DNA from: Candidatus Moraniibacteriota bacterium
GTDB taxonomy: Bacteria; Patescibacteriota; Minisyncoccia; Moranbacterales; GCA-2747515
Reading direction: 5' to 3'
Assembly: GCA_018401135.1 (NCBI GenBank)
Contig: JAGYLL010000002.1
Coordinates: 1-45,421 of the forward strand
Length of the DNA: 45,421 nt
Shown piece by piece: positions 1 through 9,363 of the stretch. The translations under genes and the position numbers were made by a program. The notes under the pieces are model-generated. The model did no database searches and had not been told where the DNA came from. It saw only the letters and a program-made list of their open reading frames with translations. The first letter of the stretch is position 1; each line of letters starts with the position of its first letter.

Positions 1-1025
1 ATACGACAAAAATAAATAAAGAAGATTCTATTCGATATGAGTCCTCTCAAGTAAGAAATGGAAATTTAGAGATAGTGGTTTCTGGGGTGGGACAGGTTCA
101 TCCTAGAGAACAAGTAGCACTTAGCTCTGTTGCAGCTGGGGAGGCTATTGATGTTATTCAAGTTTATATAGAAAATAATCAAGAGGTTTCTAGGGGCGAT
201 CTTTTGGTATCCCTTGATTCTCGTGAAGCAATTCGGAATGTAGATGAAGCAAAAATTGGATTAAAAAATGCTCAGATTCAACTTGATCAAATAGAAGAAG
301 CATATGACACAAAAACAGAAGAAGACCGAAGAGAAAGACAACTTAAGGAACTCTCTGTTAAATCAAAAATAAATGACTTAAATCAAGCACAAGAAGATCT
401 TTCCGAATACCAAATAAGGGCTCCTATTGACGGAATCATTACCGACCTTGCTATAAGTGGGGGGGATAGTATTTCTCGAAATGATATCTTCGCATCTATT
501 ATTACTAAGGAAAATAAAGTATTAATTGATCTTAATGAAGTAGATGCTTTGCGTGTTGAGGTTGGAAATCATGCAATTCTTACTTTTGATGCTTTGCCAA
601 ATGTCGAAATCTCAGGAAAAGTCTCTCGTGTAAATACAATTGGCGTAATTGATCAAGGTGTAGTGAGCTACGAAATAGAGATTTCTCTTGATGAAAATAA
701 TGAAAAACTTCGACCAGGAATGAGTGTCAATGCCGAGATTATAACACAAGATCTTAAAGATATTCTCATTGTTCCAAATAGTGCTATTAAAGGATTTGGT
801 AGAGATGCTTATGTTGAAATAATTGACCAAAAAAATGAAATTATAAAAAAACCTATACAAGTTGGCGTATCTAATGATTTTTACACACAAGTTCTTGAAG
901 GAATCATTCAAGGGGAAAAGGTTATTACGGGAACAATTGCGAATAAAATAGACGTTTCAAAAGAAGAAAACCAAAGTATCTTTGGAGATATGCGAATACC
1001 AGGAACTGGTAGCGGGGGGAGATAA
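1..1025 (+). CDS. Efflux membrane-fusion / periplasmic adaptor protein (HlyD/MacA family), 5' end cut by the window edge
   Basis: The frame of the 75..1025 ORF stays open back to nt 3 (TTKINKEDSIRYESSQVRNGNLEIVVSGVGQV...), so the GTG at 75 is not the real start. It has lipoyl-like halves (EVSRGDLLVSLD and IRAPIDGIITDL) around a charged coiled-coil hairpin. A MacB-type ATPase and permease follow directly. Confidence 0.8.
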   Translation, partial: TTKINKEDSIRYESSQVRNGNLEIVVSGVGQVHPREQVALSSVAAGEAIDVIQVYIENNQEVSRGDLLVSLDSREAIRNVDEAKIGLKNAQIQLDQIEEAYDTKTEEDRRERQLKELSVKSKINDLNQAQEDLSEYQIRAPIDGIITDLAISGGDSISRNDIFASIITKENKVLIDLNEVDALRVEVGNHAILTFDALPNVEISGKVSRVNTIGVIDQGVVSYEIEISLDENNEKLRPGMSVNAEIITQDLKDILIVPNSAIKGFGRDAYVEIIDQKNEIIKKPIQVGVSNDFYTQVLEGIIQGEKVITGTIANKIDVSKEENQSIFGDMRIPGTGSGGR

Positions 1026-1045
1026 TTTCGTTACAAAAAAACTGT

Positions 1046-1726
1046 ATGATTTCTTGTAAGAATCTTACTAAAATATATAACATTGGGAAAAATGAGACAC
1101 TTGCTCTTGATGATGTAAGTTTTGAAATAACCAAGGGAGAATTTGTTGCTATAATGGGACCAAGTGGTTCGGGAAAATCAACACTTATGCATATAATAGG
1201 AGCGCTTGATATTCCAACTAAAGGAAGCTACTTATTAGAAGGAAAAGACGTTTCTCAAATGACTCAAAGAGAATTAGCAAAACTTCGTTGTGAAAAAATA
1301 GGATTTGTTTTTCAGTCTTTTAACCTTCTTAAACGAACAAGTGTCATGAGAAATGTTATGCTTCCACTTATTTACTCTAAAGTTCCACCAAAATATAGGG
1401 AGGATATGGCAAAAAAAGTTCTTAATAGTGTTCATATTAAAGCTGAAAAATGGGAGAATCTTTCAAATGAACTCTCAGGGGGTCAAATGCAAAGAGTCGC
1501 TATTGCAAGAGCTCTTATAAATAATCCCTCTCTTATACTTGCAGATGAGCCCACAGGTAATCTGGATAGTAAAACGGGAGATGTTGTCTTGCATATGTTT
1601 CGAGAACTCAATGAAAAACAAGGGCACACTATTATTCTTATTACACATGAAAAAGAAATTGCCAAACAAGCAAAACGAGTGATCACTATAAAAGATGGTA
1701 AACTTTTAGATGATACTAAAATATAA
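1046..1726 (+). CDS. ABC transporter ATP-binding protein, MacB/LolD-like
   Basis: Walker A GPSGSGKST, signature LSGGQMQR and Walker B LILADEPT. The 226-aa size and its position between adaptor and FtsX-type permease fit this family. Confidence 0.9.
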   Translation: MISCKNLTKIYNIGKNETLALDDVSFEITKGEFVAIMGPSGSGKSTLMHIIGALDIPTKGSYLLEGKDVSQMTQRELAKLRCEKIGFVFQSFNLLKRTSVMRNVMLPLIYSKVPPKYREDMAKKVLNSVHIKAEKWENLSNELSGGQMQRVAIARALINNPSLILADEPTGNLDSKTGDVVLHMFRELNEKQGHTIILITHEKEIAKQAKRVITIKDGKLLDDTKI

Positions 1727-1732
1727 ACTTTT

Positions 1733-2935
1733 ATGCTTTTACGAGATATTTTTATAGAAACTTATACAGCTATTACTGTGAATAAATCAAGAACTGCATT
1801 AACCATCCTAGGTATCGTCATAGGTATTGGAAGTGTCATTATTATGGTAGCTGTCGGTCGAGGAGCTCAAAGTGACATACAGGAAAAAATTGAGTCTATA
1901 GGTTCCAATCTTTTAACGATTCAACCTGGAGCAATGCGAGGTTTTGGACCTGTTTCAAGTAGCTCAAATGCTGATTCTCTCACACAAGAAGATATAGAAG
2001 CTCTAAAAGAAAAATCTTCCTATATAACATATATAGCACCTCAAGTTTCTGGAAAATATCAGATTATTTCTGGAAATGAAAATATTAATGTCTCGGTGCT
2101 TGGCACAACAAGTGAATACGCATATGTTCGTGGAGTAGATCTTTTATATGGAACTTTTCTTTCTTCTGTGGATGACCAAAGATTTTCTCGAACAGTAGTT
2201 TTGGGATTTGATTCATCGGTGGATTTATTTGGTGAGAGTGTGAATCCTATAGGACAGAAAATTCGCATAAAAGGAATTAATTTTACTATTATTGGAGTAA
2301 AATCTCAATCAGGGGTAGACGATGCAACTCTTTATGTTCCACTTAAAACAATGCAACAATATTTAGTGGGAAACAACTCTCTTTCAGTTATAGATGTTTC
2401 TGTGAATGATTCTGAAAATATGAGTCTTGCTGAAGAAGAAATTACAGAAATATTATTAGATTCTCATGGAATAAAAGATATAGAATCCGCTGACTTTAGA
2501 ATAAGAAATCAAGCTGAAATTGTGCAAACAGCTTCTAGTATAACAGAAACATTTACTTTTCTCTTGGGTGCTGTAGCAAGTATCTCACTTCTTGTTGGAG
2601 GTATTGGAATTATGAATATGATGCTTACTAGCGTAACTGAAAGAACTCGTGAAATAGGACTGCGTAAATCTTTAGGTGCTACTGTTGGAGATATTCGCAT
2701 ACAGTTTCTTCTTGAGGCAATAACTCTTACTGTTCTTGGTGGATTTTTAGGTGTTTTTTCAGGAATAGGAATTTCGTGGATACTTATTGATAAATTTAAT
2801 ATTTCCACAGAAGTCTCTCTTCTCTCAGTGTTTATTTCTTGTGGTGTTTCGGTTGGAATTGGTATTATATTTGGGATTTATCCCGCATGGAGAGCCTCAA
2901 AACTTAATCCAATAGTAGCCTTGCGCTATGAATAA
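1733..2935 (+). CDS. ABC transporter permease, MacB/FtsX family
   Basis: 400 aa with an N-terminal TM helix, a large extracytoplasmic domain and three C-terminal TM helices. The FtsX-type motif REIGLRKSLGA is present. Confidence 0.9.
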   Translation: MLLRDIFIETYTAITVNKSRTALTILGIVIGIGSVIIMVAVGRGAQSDIQEKIESIGSNLLTIQPGAMRGFGPVSSSSNADSLTQEDIEALKEKSSYITYIAPQVSGKYQIISGNENINVSVLGTTSEYAYVRGVDLLYGTFLSSVDDQRFSRTVVLGFDSSVDLFGESVNPIGQKIRIKGINFTIIGVKSQSGVDDATLYVPLKTMQQYLVGNNSLSVIDVSVNDSENMSLAEEEITEILLDSHGIKDIESADFRIRNQAEIVQTASSITETFTFLLGAVASISLLVGGIGIMNMMLTSVTERTREIGLRKSLGATVGDIRIQFLLEAITLTVLGGFLGVFSGIGISWILIDKFNISTEVSLLSVFISCGVSVGIGIIFGIYPAWRASKLNPIVALRYE

Positions 2936-3131
2936 TTAGTTGTATTTTTTTCCTGTAAAGTTTCTCTAGATTGATTTATAATAAGAAATTTTTGAAATGC
3001 AAAAAGAAGTAGTATTTACTATGTTTTTAATCGTGTCAATAAAAGAGTAAAAATTTTAAAAAAATAAAAAAGGTATCTAATATTTTTCTCAAAAATTGGA
3101 TAAGAAAATATTTCGTGGTAGTCTACAGAGT

Positions 3132-4226
3132 ATGAATGAACAAGAAAAAGAAATGCAGGCTTTGGGTTGGAATGCTTTTTTTGAGGCGTATCGAGAAGAG
3201 CTCGGATGGTCTTTTGTAAACATTGCTAGAGTTATTGCTCAACAGAGGGAATCGTATACCGTGAGAAATATACAAGGAGAATATAGAGCCAAGATAATGG
3301 GGAAGCATATCTTTAAAGCATCTTCTCGAGAAGATTTCCCTTCTGTGGGAGACTGGGTAGAAATCTCTCTTTTGGACAAAGATCAAGTAATAATTCACTC
3401 TATTCTTCCAAGAAAAACCGTTATAAAGAGAAAATATAATAATACAGATGAAACACAAGTTATAGCAACGAACATTGACATTGCTTTTATCGTTGAAACG
3501 GTTGATAGGGATTATAATCTCAATCGTCTTGAACGATATATTACCTTGGCATATGAGGGAGGAACACCATCTATTATTGTTCTTAATAAAATAGATCTCC
3601 TTTCCCAAGAAGAGCTTGATATAAGGATAGCGCATATACAAGAACGGTTTAAAGAAAACCCTCTTCTTTTGACGAGCACCTTGGCAAATAAGGGATTAGA
3701 TTCATTACGAAGTTCTATTACAAGGGGAAAAACATATTGTTTTCTCGGCTCTTCTGGCGTGGGGAAATCCTCTCTTATCAATGCTTTATTAGATGAGAAA
3801 GAAATAGAAGTAAGAGAAATAGGCACACACTCAGGGAGGGGAAAACACACAACAACATCGAGAACGATGTATTTCTTGCCTAGTGGAGGAATAGTTATAG
3901 ATAATCCTGGAATGCGAGAAGTTGGATTACCTGATGCTCAAGTTGGTATAGAAAATGCATTTGATGAGATACTTACTCTTGCGAAAAAATGTGAATTTAG
4001 AGATTGCAGACATATTCATGAGCCTCATTGTGAGGTATTATATGCTTTAAAAAAAGGGATGCTTTATAAAAAAACATACGAAAATTATATTACTCTGAAA
4101 CGAGAGTCTGATCACTATGAGATGACACAAGGTGAAAAAAAGAAAAAAGAACGAGATTTTGGAAAGCTCAAGAAAACAGCAAAGAAAGATTTTAAAAAGT
4201 ATAAACATAAACAGTACGGTGAGTAA
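3132..4226 (+). CDS. rsgA: Ribosome small-subunit-dependent GTPase A
   Basis: Circularly permuted GTPase motifs NKIDL followed by GSSGVGKSSLINAL, plus the C-terminal zinc knuckle CEFRDCRHIHEPHC. Start is chosen at the ATG just before the LGWNAFF N-terminus; the TTG at 3096 is an alternative. Confidence 0.85.
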   Translation: MNEQEKEMQALGWNAFFEAYREELGWSFVNIARVIAQQRESYTVRNIQGEYRAKIMGKHIFKASSREDFPSVGDWVEISLLDKDQVIIHSILPRKTVIKRKYNNTDETQVIATNIDIAFIVETVDRDYNLNRLERYITLAYEGGTPSIIVLNKIDLLSQEELDIRIAHIQERFKENPLLLTSTLANKGLDSLRSSITRGKTYCFLGSSGVGKSSLINALLDEKEIEVREIGTHSGRGKHTTTSRTMYFLPSGGIVIDNPGMREVGLPDAQVGIENAFDEILTLAKKCEFRDCRHIHEPHCEVLYALKKGMLYKKTYENYITLKRESDHYEMTQGEKKKKERDFGKLKKTAKKDFKKYKHKQYGE

Positions 4227-4238
4227 ACCGAAACCTTA

Positions 4239-4267
4239 TTGTATGTTTGAATAGCTTTTGTTATACT
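4239..4267 (+). promoter_or_regulatory. Sigma70-like promoter, TTGTAT-N17-TGtTATACT (extended -10)
   Basis: -35 TTGTAT at 4239-4244, a 17-nt spacer, TGt at 4259-4261 and -10 TATACT at 4262-4267. Confidence 0.45.
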
Positions 4268-4274
4268 TGTGCCC

Positions 4275-4362
4275 AAGCGATGCGAAGCTGTGTTTCCGGT
4301 ACTTACTTCGGAGATCTTAATGACCATTTTGGTGGTAGCGTCGCATCGCTTTTTTCTTTTTT
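4275..4362 (+). terminator. Long hairpin with U-tract (terminator of rsgA, or a short structured RNA or leader)
   Basis: The 11-bp arm AAGCGATGCGA (4275-4285) pairs perfectly with TCGCATCGCTT (4341-4351). GCT/AGC extends the stem, and TTTTCTTTTTT follows. The stem encloses about 55 nt of interior sequence. Confidence 0.45.
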
Positions 4363-4400
4363 AAAAAGAGTTGGTTTTTAGAGTTAGAGAGAAATTTTTT

Positions 4401-5381
4401 ATGAATAAACGCTATAGTATATATACCATCACTCTTTGTATAGGAATTCTCTTTTTTTCTTTGGTAGGAATGACATTTTCTGGAGAAAAACAAAAGGTCC
4501 AAGAGGGAGTATCTTTTCAAAAAATACAAGAGAGCACACCTTCTCTCGAGAAGGAGTCGTCGAGCGCATCGATAGTGTTTACAGGAGATGTGATGCTTGA
4601 TAGGTATATTCGTACAGTTGCAAGAAAAATTGGTTATACGTCTCTCCTTGAAGATAGTAAGAATATTCTCAAGGAAAGTGATGGTGTGGTGATAAATCTT
4701 GAAGGACCTATAACGGACGCCCCTTCCAGATCTGAAGGGAGTGTTATTGGTTCTCGTGATAATTATTATTTTACCTTTGAACCAAAAAGCATAGACTTTC
4801 TTCTTGAAAATAATATAAATATTATCCATATAGGAAATAATCACATAAATAATTTTGGTCTAGAGGGCATTGTTCAAACACAAGATTATTTAAAGCAACA
4901 TTCTTTGGAGTACTTCGGTGCTGTGAATATTTTGCCAGAAAAAATAGTTCTCCGAAAAACTTTACAGGGCATACAATTTTCGTTTGTGAGCTATAATCAA
5001 TTCTCATCAATTTCTGGAGATCAGATAGTTCTTACTATAGAAAAAGAAAAAGAAGTATCAGATTTTGTCGTTGTCTATACCCATTGGGGACAAGAATACA
5101 AAACCACTTCTGATCAAAAACAAAAAGAGCTTGCTCATAGATTTATTGATGCGGGGGCCGATGTTATTATAGGTTCGCATCCACACGTAATCCAAGAAAA
5201 AGAAGTATATAAAGGAAAAACAATATACTATTCTTTGGGAAATTTTATCTTTGATCAATATTTCGATGCTTCTGTGAGAAAGGGTCTTGTGGTAAAAGCT
5301 ACGTTTGATGCCAAAGAATCCTCGATTGTGTTTGAGGAATTTATAGCAGACATTTCTTCACAGGGAATAACGAAATTGTAA
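4401..5381 (+). CDS. CapA-family (poly-gamma-glutamate synthesis-like) metallophosphatase, membrane anchored
   Basis: N-terminal TM helix, then CapA/PGA_cap motifs FTGDVMLDR, NLEGP, GNNH, HWGQEY, GSHPHV and YSLGNF. The ATG at 4401 is preferred over the TTG at 4371. Confidence 0.8.
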   Translation: MNKRYSIYTITLCIGILFFSLVGMTFSGEKQKVQEGVSFQKIQESTPSLEKESSSASIVFTGDVMLDRYIRTVARKIGYTSLLEDSKNILKESDGVVINLEGPITDAPSRSEGSVIGSRDNYYFTFEPKSIDFLLENNINIIHIGNNHINNFGLEGIVQTQDYLKQHSLEYFGAVNILPEKIVLRKTLQGIQFSFVSYNQFSSISGDQIVLTIEKEKEVSDFVVVYTHWGQEYKTTSDQKQKELAHRFIDAGADVIIGSHPHVIQEKEVYKGKTIYYSLGNFIFDQYFDASVRKGLVVKATFDAKESSIVFEEFIADISSQGITKL

Positions 5382-5387
5382 AAATAT

Positions 5388-5416
5388 TTGATAGAAAGGG
5401 CAAAATGTGCTATACT
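5388..5416 (+). promoter_or_regulatory. Sigma70-like promoter, TTGATA-N17-TGcTATACT (extended -10)
   Basis: -35 TTGATA at 5388-5393, a 17-nt spacer, TGc at 5408-5410 and -10 TATACT at 5411-5416. Confidence 0.5.
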
Positions 5417-5465
5417 TGAAAAAGTGCAGAGAAAAACCACTCGCTTCTGTTTTTTGAGCATAGAT

Positions 5466-5491
5466 GAAGACGGGTGAAAACCGTTTTTTTT
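5466..5491 (+). terminator. Short intrinsic-terminator-like hairpin in the leader of the 5526 gene
   Basis: ACGG/CCGT core stem with a 7-nt loop, extended by A/G:U pairs, followed by T8 (5484-5491). A weaker hairpin plus T6 lies at 5426-5455. Confidence 0.35.
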
Positions 5492-5525
5492 ATTGAATAA
5501 AAAATAATATATTAAAAACAAAAAT

Positions 5526-6542
5526 ATGTCAGAGAAAAAAGAGCTACGAGTTATACAATATGGTTGTGGAAAAATGGGTAAATATTTTTTGCGATACCTT
5601 TATGAGAAAGGAGCAAAAATTGTAGGAGCCATTGATAGTAATCCTGAGTTAACGGGAAAAGACATTTCGGAACTTATTGGATGCTCTGAAAAGCTTGGGA
5701 TACTTATTGAAAATGACGCAGAAAAAGTATTTCGAGAAAATAAAGCCGATGTAGCTATTATAGCCATTGCTAGTTTGATGGAAGATATGGAGCCACACTT
5801 TCAACGAGCTGCTCGTTACGGAGTTAATGCTATAAGTACATGTGAAGAGGCTTTTTACCCGATAAATACTGCCAAAGAAATAACCGAAAAATTGGACTTC
5901 CTGGCAAAAGAAAAAGGGTGTACTTTGACGGGATCGGGATACCAAGATGTTTTTTGGGGAAATCTTATTGACGTATTAGCTGGAGCGACACACACCATCA
6001 CCAAAATTGAAGGTATTACGAGTTATAACGTTGAAGATTATGGTATTGCTCTTGCAAATGTGCATGGTGTGGGATTGAGTCTGGAAGCATTTGATAAGGA
6101 AATTACCAAAAACGATTCACTTCCTTCTTATGTATGGAATTCTAGTGAGTGGCTTTGTGAGAGATTGGGACTTACTATAACATCAATTGATCAAAAGCTC
6201 GTACCAACAACACACAGTGAGGATATATATTCCAAAACATTAGAAAAAAATATTCCAGCAGGATATGCAACGGGGATGACGGCTGTCGTTACGGTAAAAA
6301 CCAAAGAAGGAACGGAGATTGAGGTTAAATGTGTCGGTAAAGTTTATGCACCAGGAGAGGTTGATTGTAATGACTGGAATATACTAGGAGAGCCTAATAC
6401 CAGCGTAATTATTCATCAACCAGCCACGGTAGAATTAACGTGTGCAACTATAGTGAATAGACTCCCTGAATTGGTAGATGCTCCCTCAGGTTTTATTCCA
6501 ACGAGTCGACTGCATTCAGCTCGATATCGAGTTTCTCTTTAA
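5526..6542 (+). CDS. NAD(P)-binding oxidoreductase, dihydrodipicolinate-reductase-like (amine / 2,4-diaminopentanoate dehydrogenase family)
   Basis: N-terminal Rossmann motif VIQYGCGKMGKY. The 338-aa length and overall layout resemble DapB-N-domain amine dehydrogenases. Family assignment is from memory of these sequences, not a search. Confidence 0.55.
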   Translation: MSEKKELRVIQYGCGKMGKYFLRYLYEKGAKIVGAIDSNPELTGKDISELIGCSEKLGILIENDAEKVFRENKADVAIIAIASLMEDMEPHFQRAARYGVNAISTCEEAFYPINTAKEITEKLDFLAKEKGCTLTGSGYQDVFWGNLIDVLAGATHTITKIEGITSYNVEDYGIALANVHGVGLSLEAFDKEITKNDSLPSYVWNSSEWLCERLGLTITSIDQKLVPTTHSEDIYSKTLEKNIPAGYATGMTAVVTVKTKEGTEIEVKCVGKVYAPGEVDCNDWNILGEPNTSVIIHQPATVELTCATIVNRLPELVDAPSGFIPTSRLHSARYRVSL

Positions 6543-6680
6543 CTATACAAAAAAGATTTTACTTTAGGAGAAAAGAGTACAAGATAGTATTTGAGTGTTT
6601 TGTGGCAAATATTTTTCCTCAAGGAATAAAGAGATTCTAATTCTATATTTATCTTTTTTTCCTGCTAAATGTAAACTATA

Positions 6681-6708
6681 TTGACTTTTTTTGATGTAAG
6701 CTTATTCT
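6681..6708 (+). promoter_or_regulatory. Candidate promoter TTGACT-N16-TATTCT
   Basis: -35 TTGACT at 6681-6686 and -10 TATTCT at 6703-6708, upstream of the SD and GTG of the Cys-rich ORF. Confidence 0.35.
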
Positions 6709-6743
6709 TTAAAAAGAAACTCTTAGTTAAGAGGAGTTCTTTT

Positions 6744-7058
6744 GTGAAAAAGAAAAGAAGGCGCATACAAGTTACGTGTTGGTGTTCAGTGTATACCTTT
6801 CCCCATAGAATCGGAGGGGGGAGATGTCAGGGTATTTTATGGGCGCAATCGTATAGGGAGGTAGATGGAAAATGCTGTAAGCATTGTAATAATGATTATG
6901 CAGAGAATTGTGATGTAGCAGATGGAAGAGAAAACATTGCCTATTGTCAGGCAATACAAGAATTTCTTTTACACCCACCTTCTTTGCGATTACCTATAGC
7001 TATCGATATCCTTATAGAAGAAAAGTACGAAATGTGGTATCAGGAAGAAGAGCTTTGA
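6744..7058 (+). CDS. Hypothetical small Cys-rich protein (105 aa) with a basic N-terminus
   Basis: Strong SD AAGAGGAG (6729-6736) sits 7 nt before the GTG at 6744, in frame with the 6681 ORF. The protein has 9 Cys (CWC, RC, CC, C, C, C) and an acidic C-terminal tail. I recognise no family. Confidence 0.45.
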   Translation: MKKKRRRIQVTCWCSVYTFPHRIGGGRCQGILWAQSYREVDGKCCKHCNNDYAENCDVADGRENIAYCQAIQEFLLHPPSLRLPIAIDILIEEKYEMWYQEEEL

Positions 7059-7130
7059 TGTTTGGCTATAATGGCTAGGCATTTTTTATAAAAATTTTCT
7101 AAGTACCATGCATTTCAAGAGTGTGATTAT

Positions 7131-7159
7131 TTGACAAAAGTGTGTTTGGGGAGTATTAT
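7131..7159 (+). promoter_or_regulatory. Sigma70-like promoter TTGACA-N17-TATTAT
   Basis: Consensus -35 at 7131-7136, a 17-nt spacer and -10 TATTAT at 7154-7159, about 160 nt upstream of rny. Confidence 0.5.
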
Positions 7160-7320
7160 TAGGAGTAATTGTAAAGAAATACCAGATCGTTCAGCATTTC
7201 TATTTATAATACCATTTTCTATGGTGCTTTTGAAATTTGTATCTAAGAGAAATTTCTTACGATCATAAAAACGCCGTAGAGTACGGTTTTTGTTGGCGAT
7301 TTGTTGTATATAAAATATAT

Positions 7321-8853
7321 ATGACCATAAGTTTAAGTTTGCTTGCGATAGGTTTTTTTTCTTTGGCGATAGGCTCTATGTTAGGCTATTATGCGAGACA
7401 GACTATTGCCAAAGGACAGGTAAATACAGCAGAAAGTAAGGCTACACATATTATAAGTAGTGCCGAAGAAAAGGCAAAAGAAGAGATTGTTCGTGCAAAA
7501 AACAAGGCAATAGAAATCTTGGATAAAGCAGAAGAAAAAATAAAAATTCGTGAAGAACAATCTCAACATGAACAGCGTCGAGTTGAGAAACGAGAAGAAT
7601 CTTTGGATTATCGAGAAAAAGAAATCCAAAAATCTTTAGATACCCTTGTAAAAAAGGGAGAAGAAATAAAAAATCTTCGAAAACAGGTAGAAGAAATTCG
7701 CGAAGAAGAACAAAGAAAAATAGAGGAAATTTCTGGTATGAGTGTTCAAGATGCAGAAAAAGTCCTCTTTACTCGTGTTGAAGATCAAGCAAAAGATCAC
7801 CTTGCAAGGCAGGTTATAAAATTAGAAAAAGATAATATTGAAGAGTTGGAGCAACGAGCTAATAATATTATGGTGCAGGTAATTCAACGCTATGCTCGAT
7901 CGCACGCTTCTGAATTTATGACGTCTACCGTGCACATATCATCTGAAGATGTTAAAGGAAAGATTATAGGAAAAGAAGGGAGAAATATTCGTGCTCTTGA
8001 AAAATTTACTGGTGTCGAAGTTATTATTGATGATTCTCCCGATACTATAATTATTTCTTCTTTTGATCCTGTTCGTCGTGCTGTTGCAAAGATCGCATTA
8101 GAGAAGCTTATGGAGGATGGGCGTATTAATCCTTCTCGTATTGAAGAGATGGTCGCCTTTGCTGAAAAAGAAATCAATAAGAGTATAAAAGAGGCTGGGG
8201 AATCGGCTGTGTATGAACTAGGTATTGTAGGACTTCATCCAAAACTCATTCATATACTTGGCTCTCTTCGCTACAGAACAAGTTTCAAACAAAACGTTCT
8301 TCTCCACTCCCTTGAAGTTGCTTTTATTGCAGGAGCACTTGCTTCTGAATTGGGATATGATGTTAATGTTGCCAAAAAAGCGGGACTTCTTCATGATATA
8401 GGAAAAGCTATCGATCATAAGGTAGAAGGAACTCATGTAAGTATAGGTATAAAAATTCTGGAAAAGTTTGGCATCGCAAAAGAAGTTATTTATGCTATGC
8501 GATCTCATCATGAAGAGTATCCTTATGCTACTCCTGAAGCATTTATTATAACCGCAGCCGATGCTATCTCAGCAAGTCGTCCAGGAGCAAGACGTGATAC
8601 CGTAGAAAACTATATTAAACGATTAGAAGAATTAGAGGCTCTTGTGAATAGTTTTGATGGAGTAGAAAAAACATTTGCCATACAAGCTGGTCGTGAGGTT
8701 CGTGTTTTCGTTAATCCTGAAAAAATAGATGATGCTAAAATGACGATTCTTGCCCGAAACATAGCTGATCGTGTGCAAAATGAACTCAAATATCCTGGAG
8801 AAATAAAGGTGAATGTTATGCGAGAAACGAGAGCTGTCGAAATCGCTCGTTAA
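7321..8853 (+). CDS. rny: Ribonuclease Y
   Basis: N-terminal TM helix, a long charged coiled coil, a KH domain (GKIIGKEGRNIRALE) and an HD domain (LLHDIGKA ... HH). The ATG at 7321 gives the canonical N-terminal anchor. Confidence 0.9.
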   Translation: MTISLSLLAIGFFSLAIGSMLGYYARQTIAKGQVNTAESKATHIISSAEEKAKEEIVRAKNKAIEILDKAEEKIKIREEQSQHEQRRVEKREESLDYREKEIQKSLDTLVKKGEEIKNLRKQVEEIREEEQRKIEEISGMSVQDAEKVLFTRVEDQAKDHLARQVIKLEKDNIEELEQRANNIMVQVIQRYARSHASEFMTSTVHISSEDVKGKIIGKEGRNIRALEKFTGVEVIIDDSPDTIIISSFDPVRRAVAKIALEKLMEDGRINPSRIEEMVAFAEKEINKSIKEAGESAVYELGIVGLHPKLIHILGSLRYRTSFKQNVLLHSLEVAFIAGALASELGYDVNVAKKAGLLHDIGKAIDHKVEGTHVSIGIKILEKFGIAKEVIYAMRSHHEEYPYATPEAFIITAADAISASRPGARRDTVENYIKRLEELEALVNSFDGVEKTFAIQAGREVRVFVNPEKIDDAKMTILARNIADRVQNELKYPGEIKVNVMRETRAVEIAR

Positions 8854-8881
8854 AAAAGAAAAGAGAATTTTTTCTTGGGAC

Positions 8882-8909
8882 TTGCTTTATTTAAAGTATA
8901 GGCTACAAT
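8882..8909 (+). promoter_or_regulatory. Candidate promoter TTGCTT-N16-TACAAT
   Basis: Hexamers at 8882-8887 and 8904-8909, about 50 nt upstream of hup. Confidence 0.4.
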
Positions 8910-8958
8910 ACTCTCGTGAAGAAAGAAAGTAAAAATACACAAAGAAAGGAGGTGGCAT

Positions 8959-9240
8959 ATGACAAACGTTACTAAAGATGGACTCGTGAGCGCAGTTTCA
9001 GTAACCACTGATATGTCTAAAAAGGATGTAGAAGCAGTTATTGACGCTTTCGTAGATGAAATTACTCAACAAGTTCGCTTGGGAAACAAAGTAACCCTTA
9101 CAGGTTTCGGAACTTTCCGTGTTTCAGATCGAGCAGCTCGTGTTGGAATCAATCCTCAAACAAAGCAAAAGATTAATATCCCAGCAATGAAGGTTCCTAA
9201 ATTCACCGCTGGAAAAGCTTTGAAAGAAGCTGTAAAATAG
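8959..9240 (+). CDS. hup: HU-family DNA-binding protein
   Basis: 93 aa with GFGTF and RVGINPQT arm motifs. SD AAAGGAGG precedes the ATG. Confidence 0.92.
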   Translation: MTNVTKDGLVSAVSVTTDMSKKDVEAVIDAFVDEITQQVRLGNKVTLTGFGTFRVSDRAARVGINPQTKQKINIPAMKVPKFTAGKALKEAVK

Positions 9241-9327
9241 TATGTACCCAAAGAGCTCGTCTCCCTTGATTCTTGGAGCGTCTCGAGATTAAGAGAGACG
9301 AGCTCTTTCTTGAAAATAAAAGATGGC

Positions 9328-9363
9328 AATACAATCCCGATGTAGTCGGGATTGTATTTTTCG
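9328..9363 (+). terminator. Rho-independent terminator after hup
   Basis: Perfect 13-bp stem AATACAATCCCGA / TCGGGATTGTATT with a 5-nt loop, followed by TTTTT. Confidence 0.8.
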
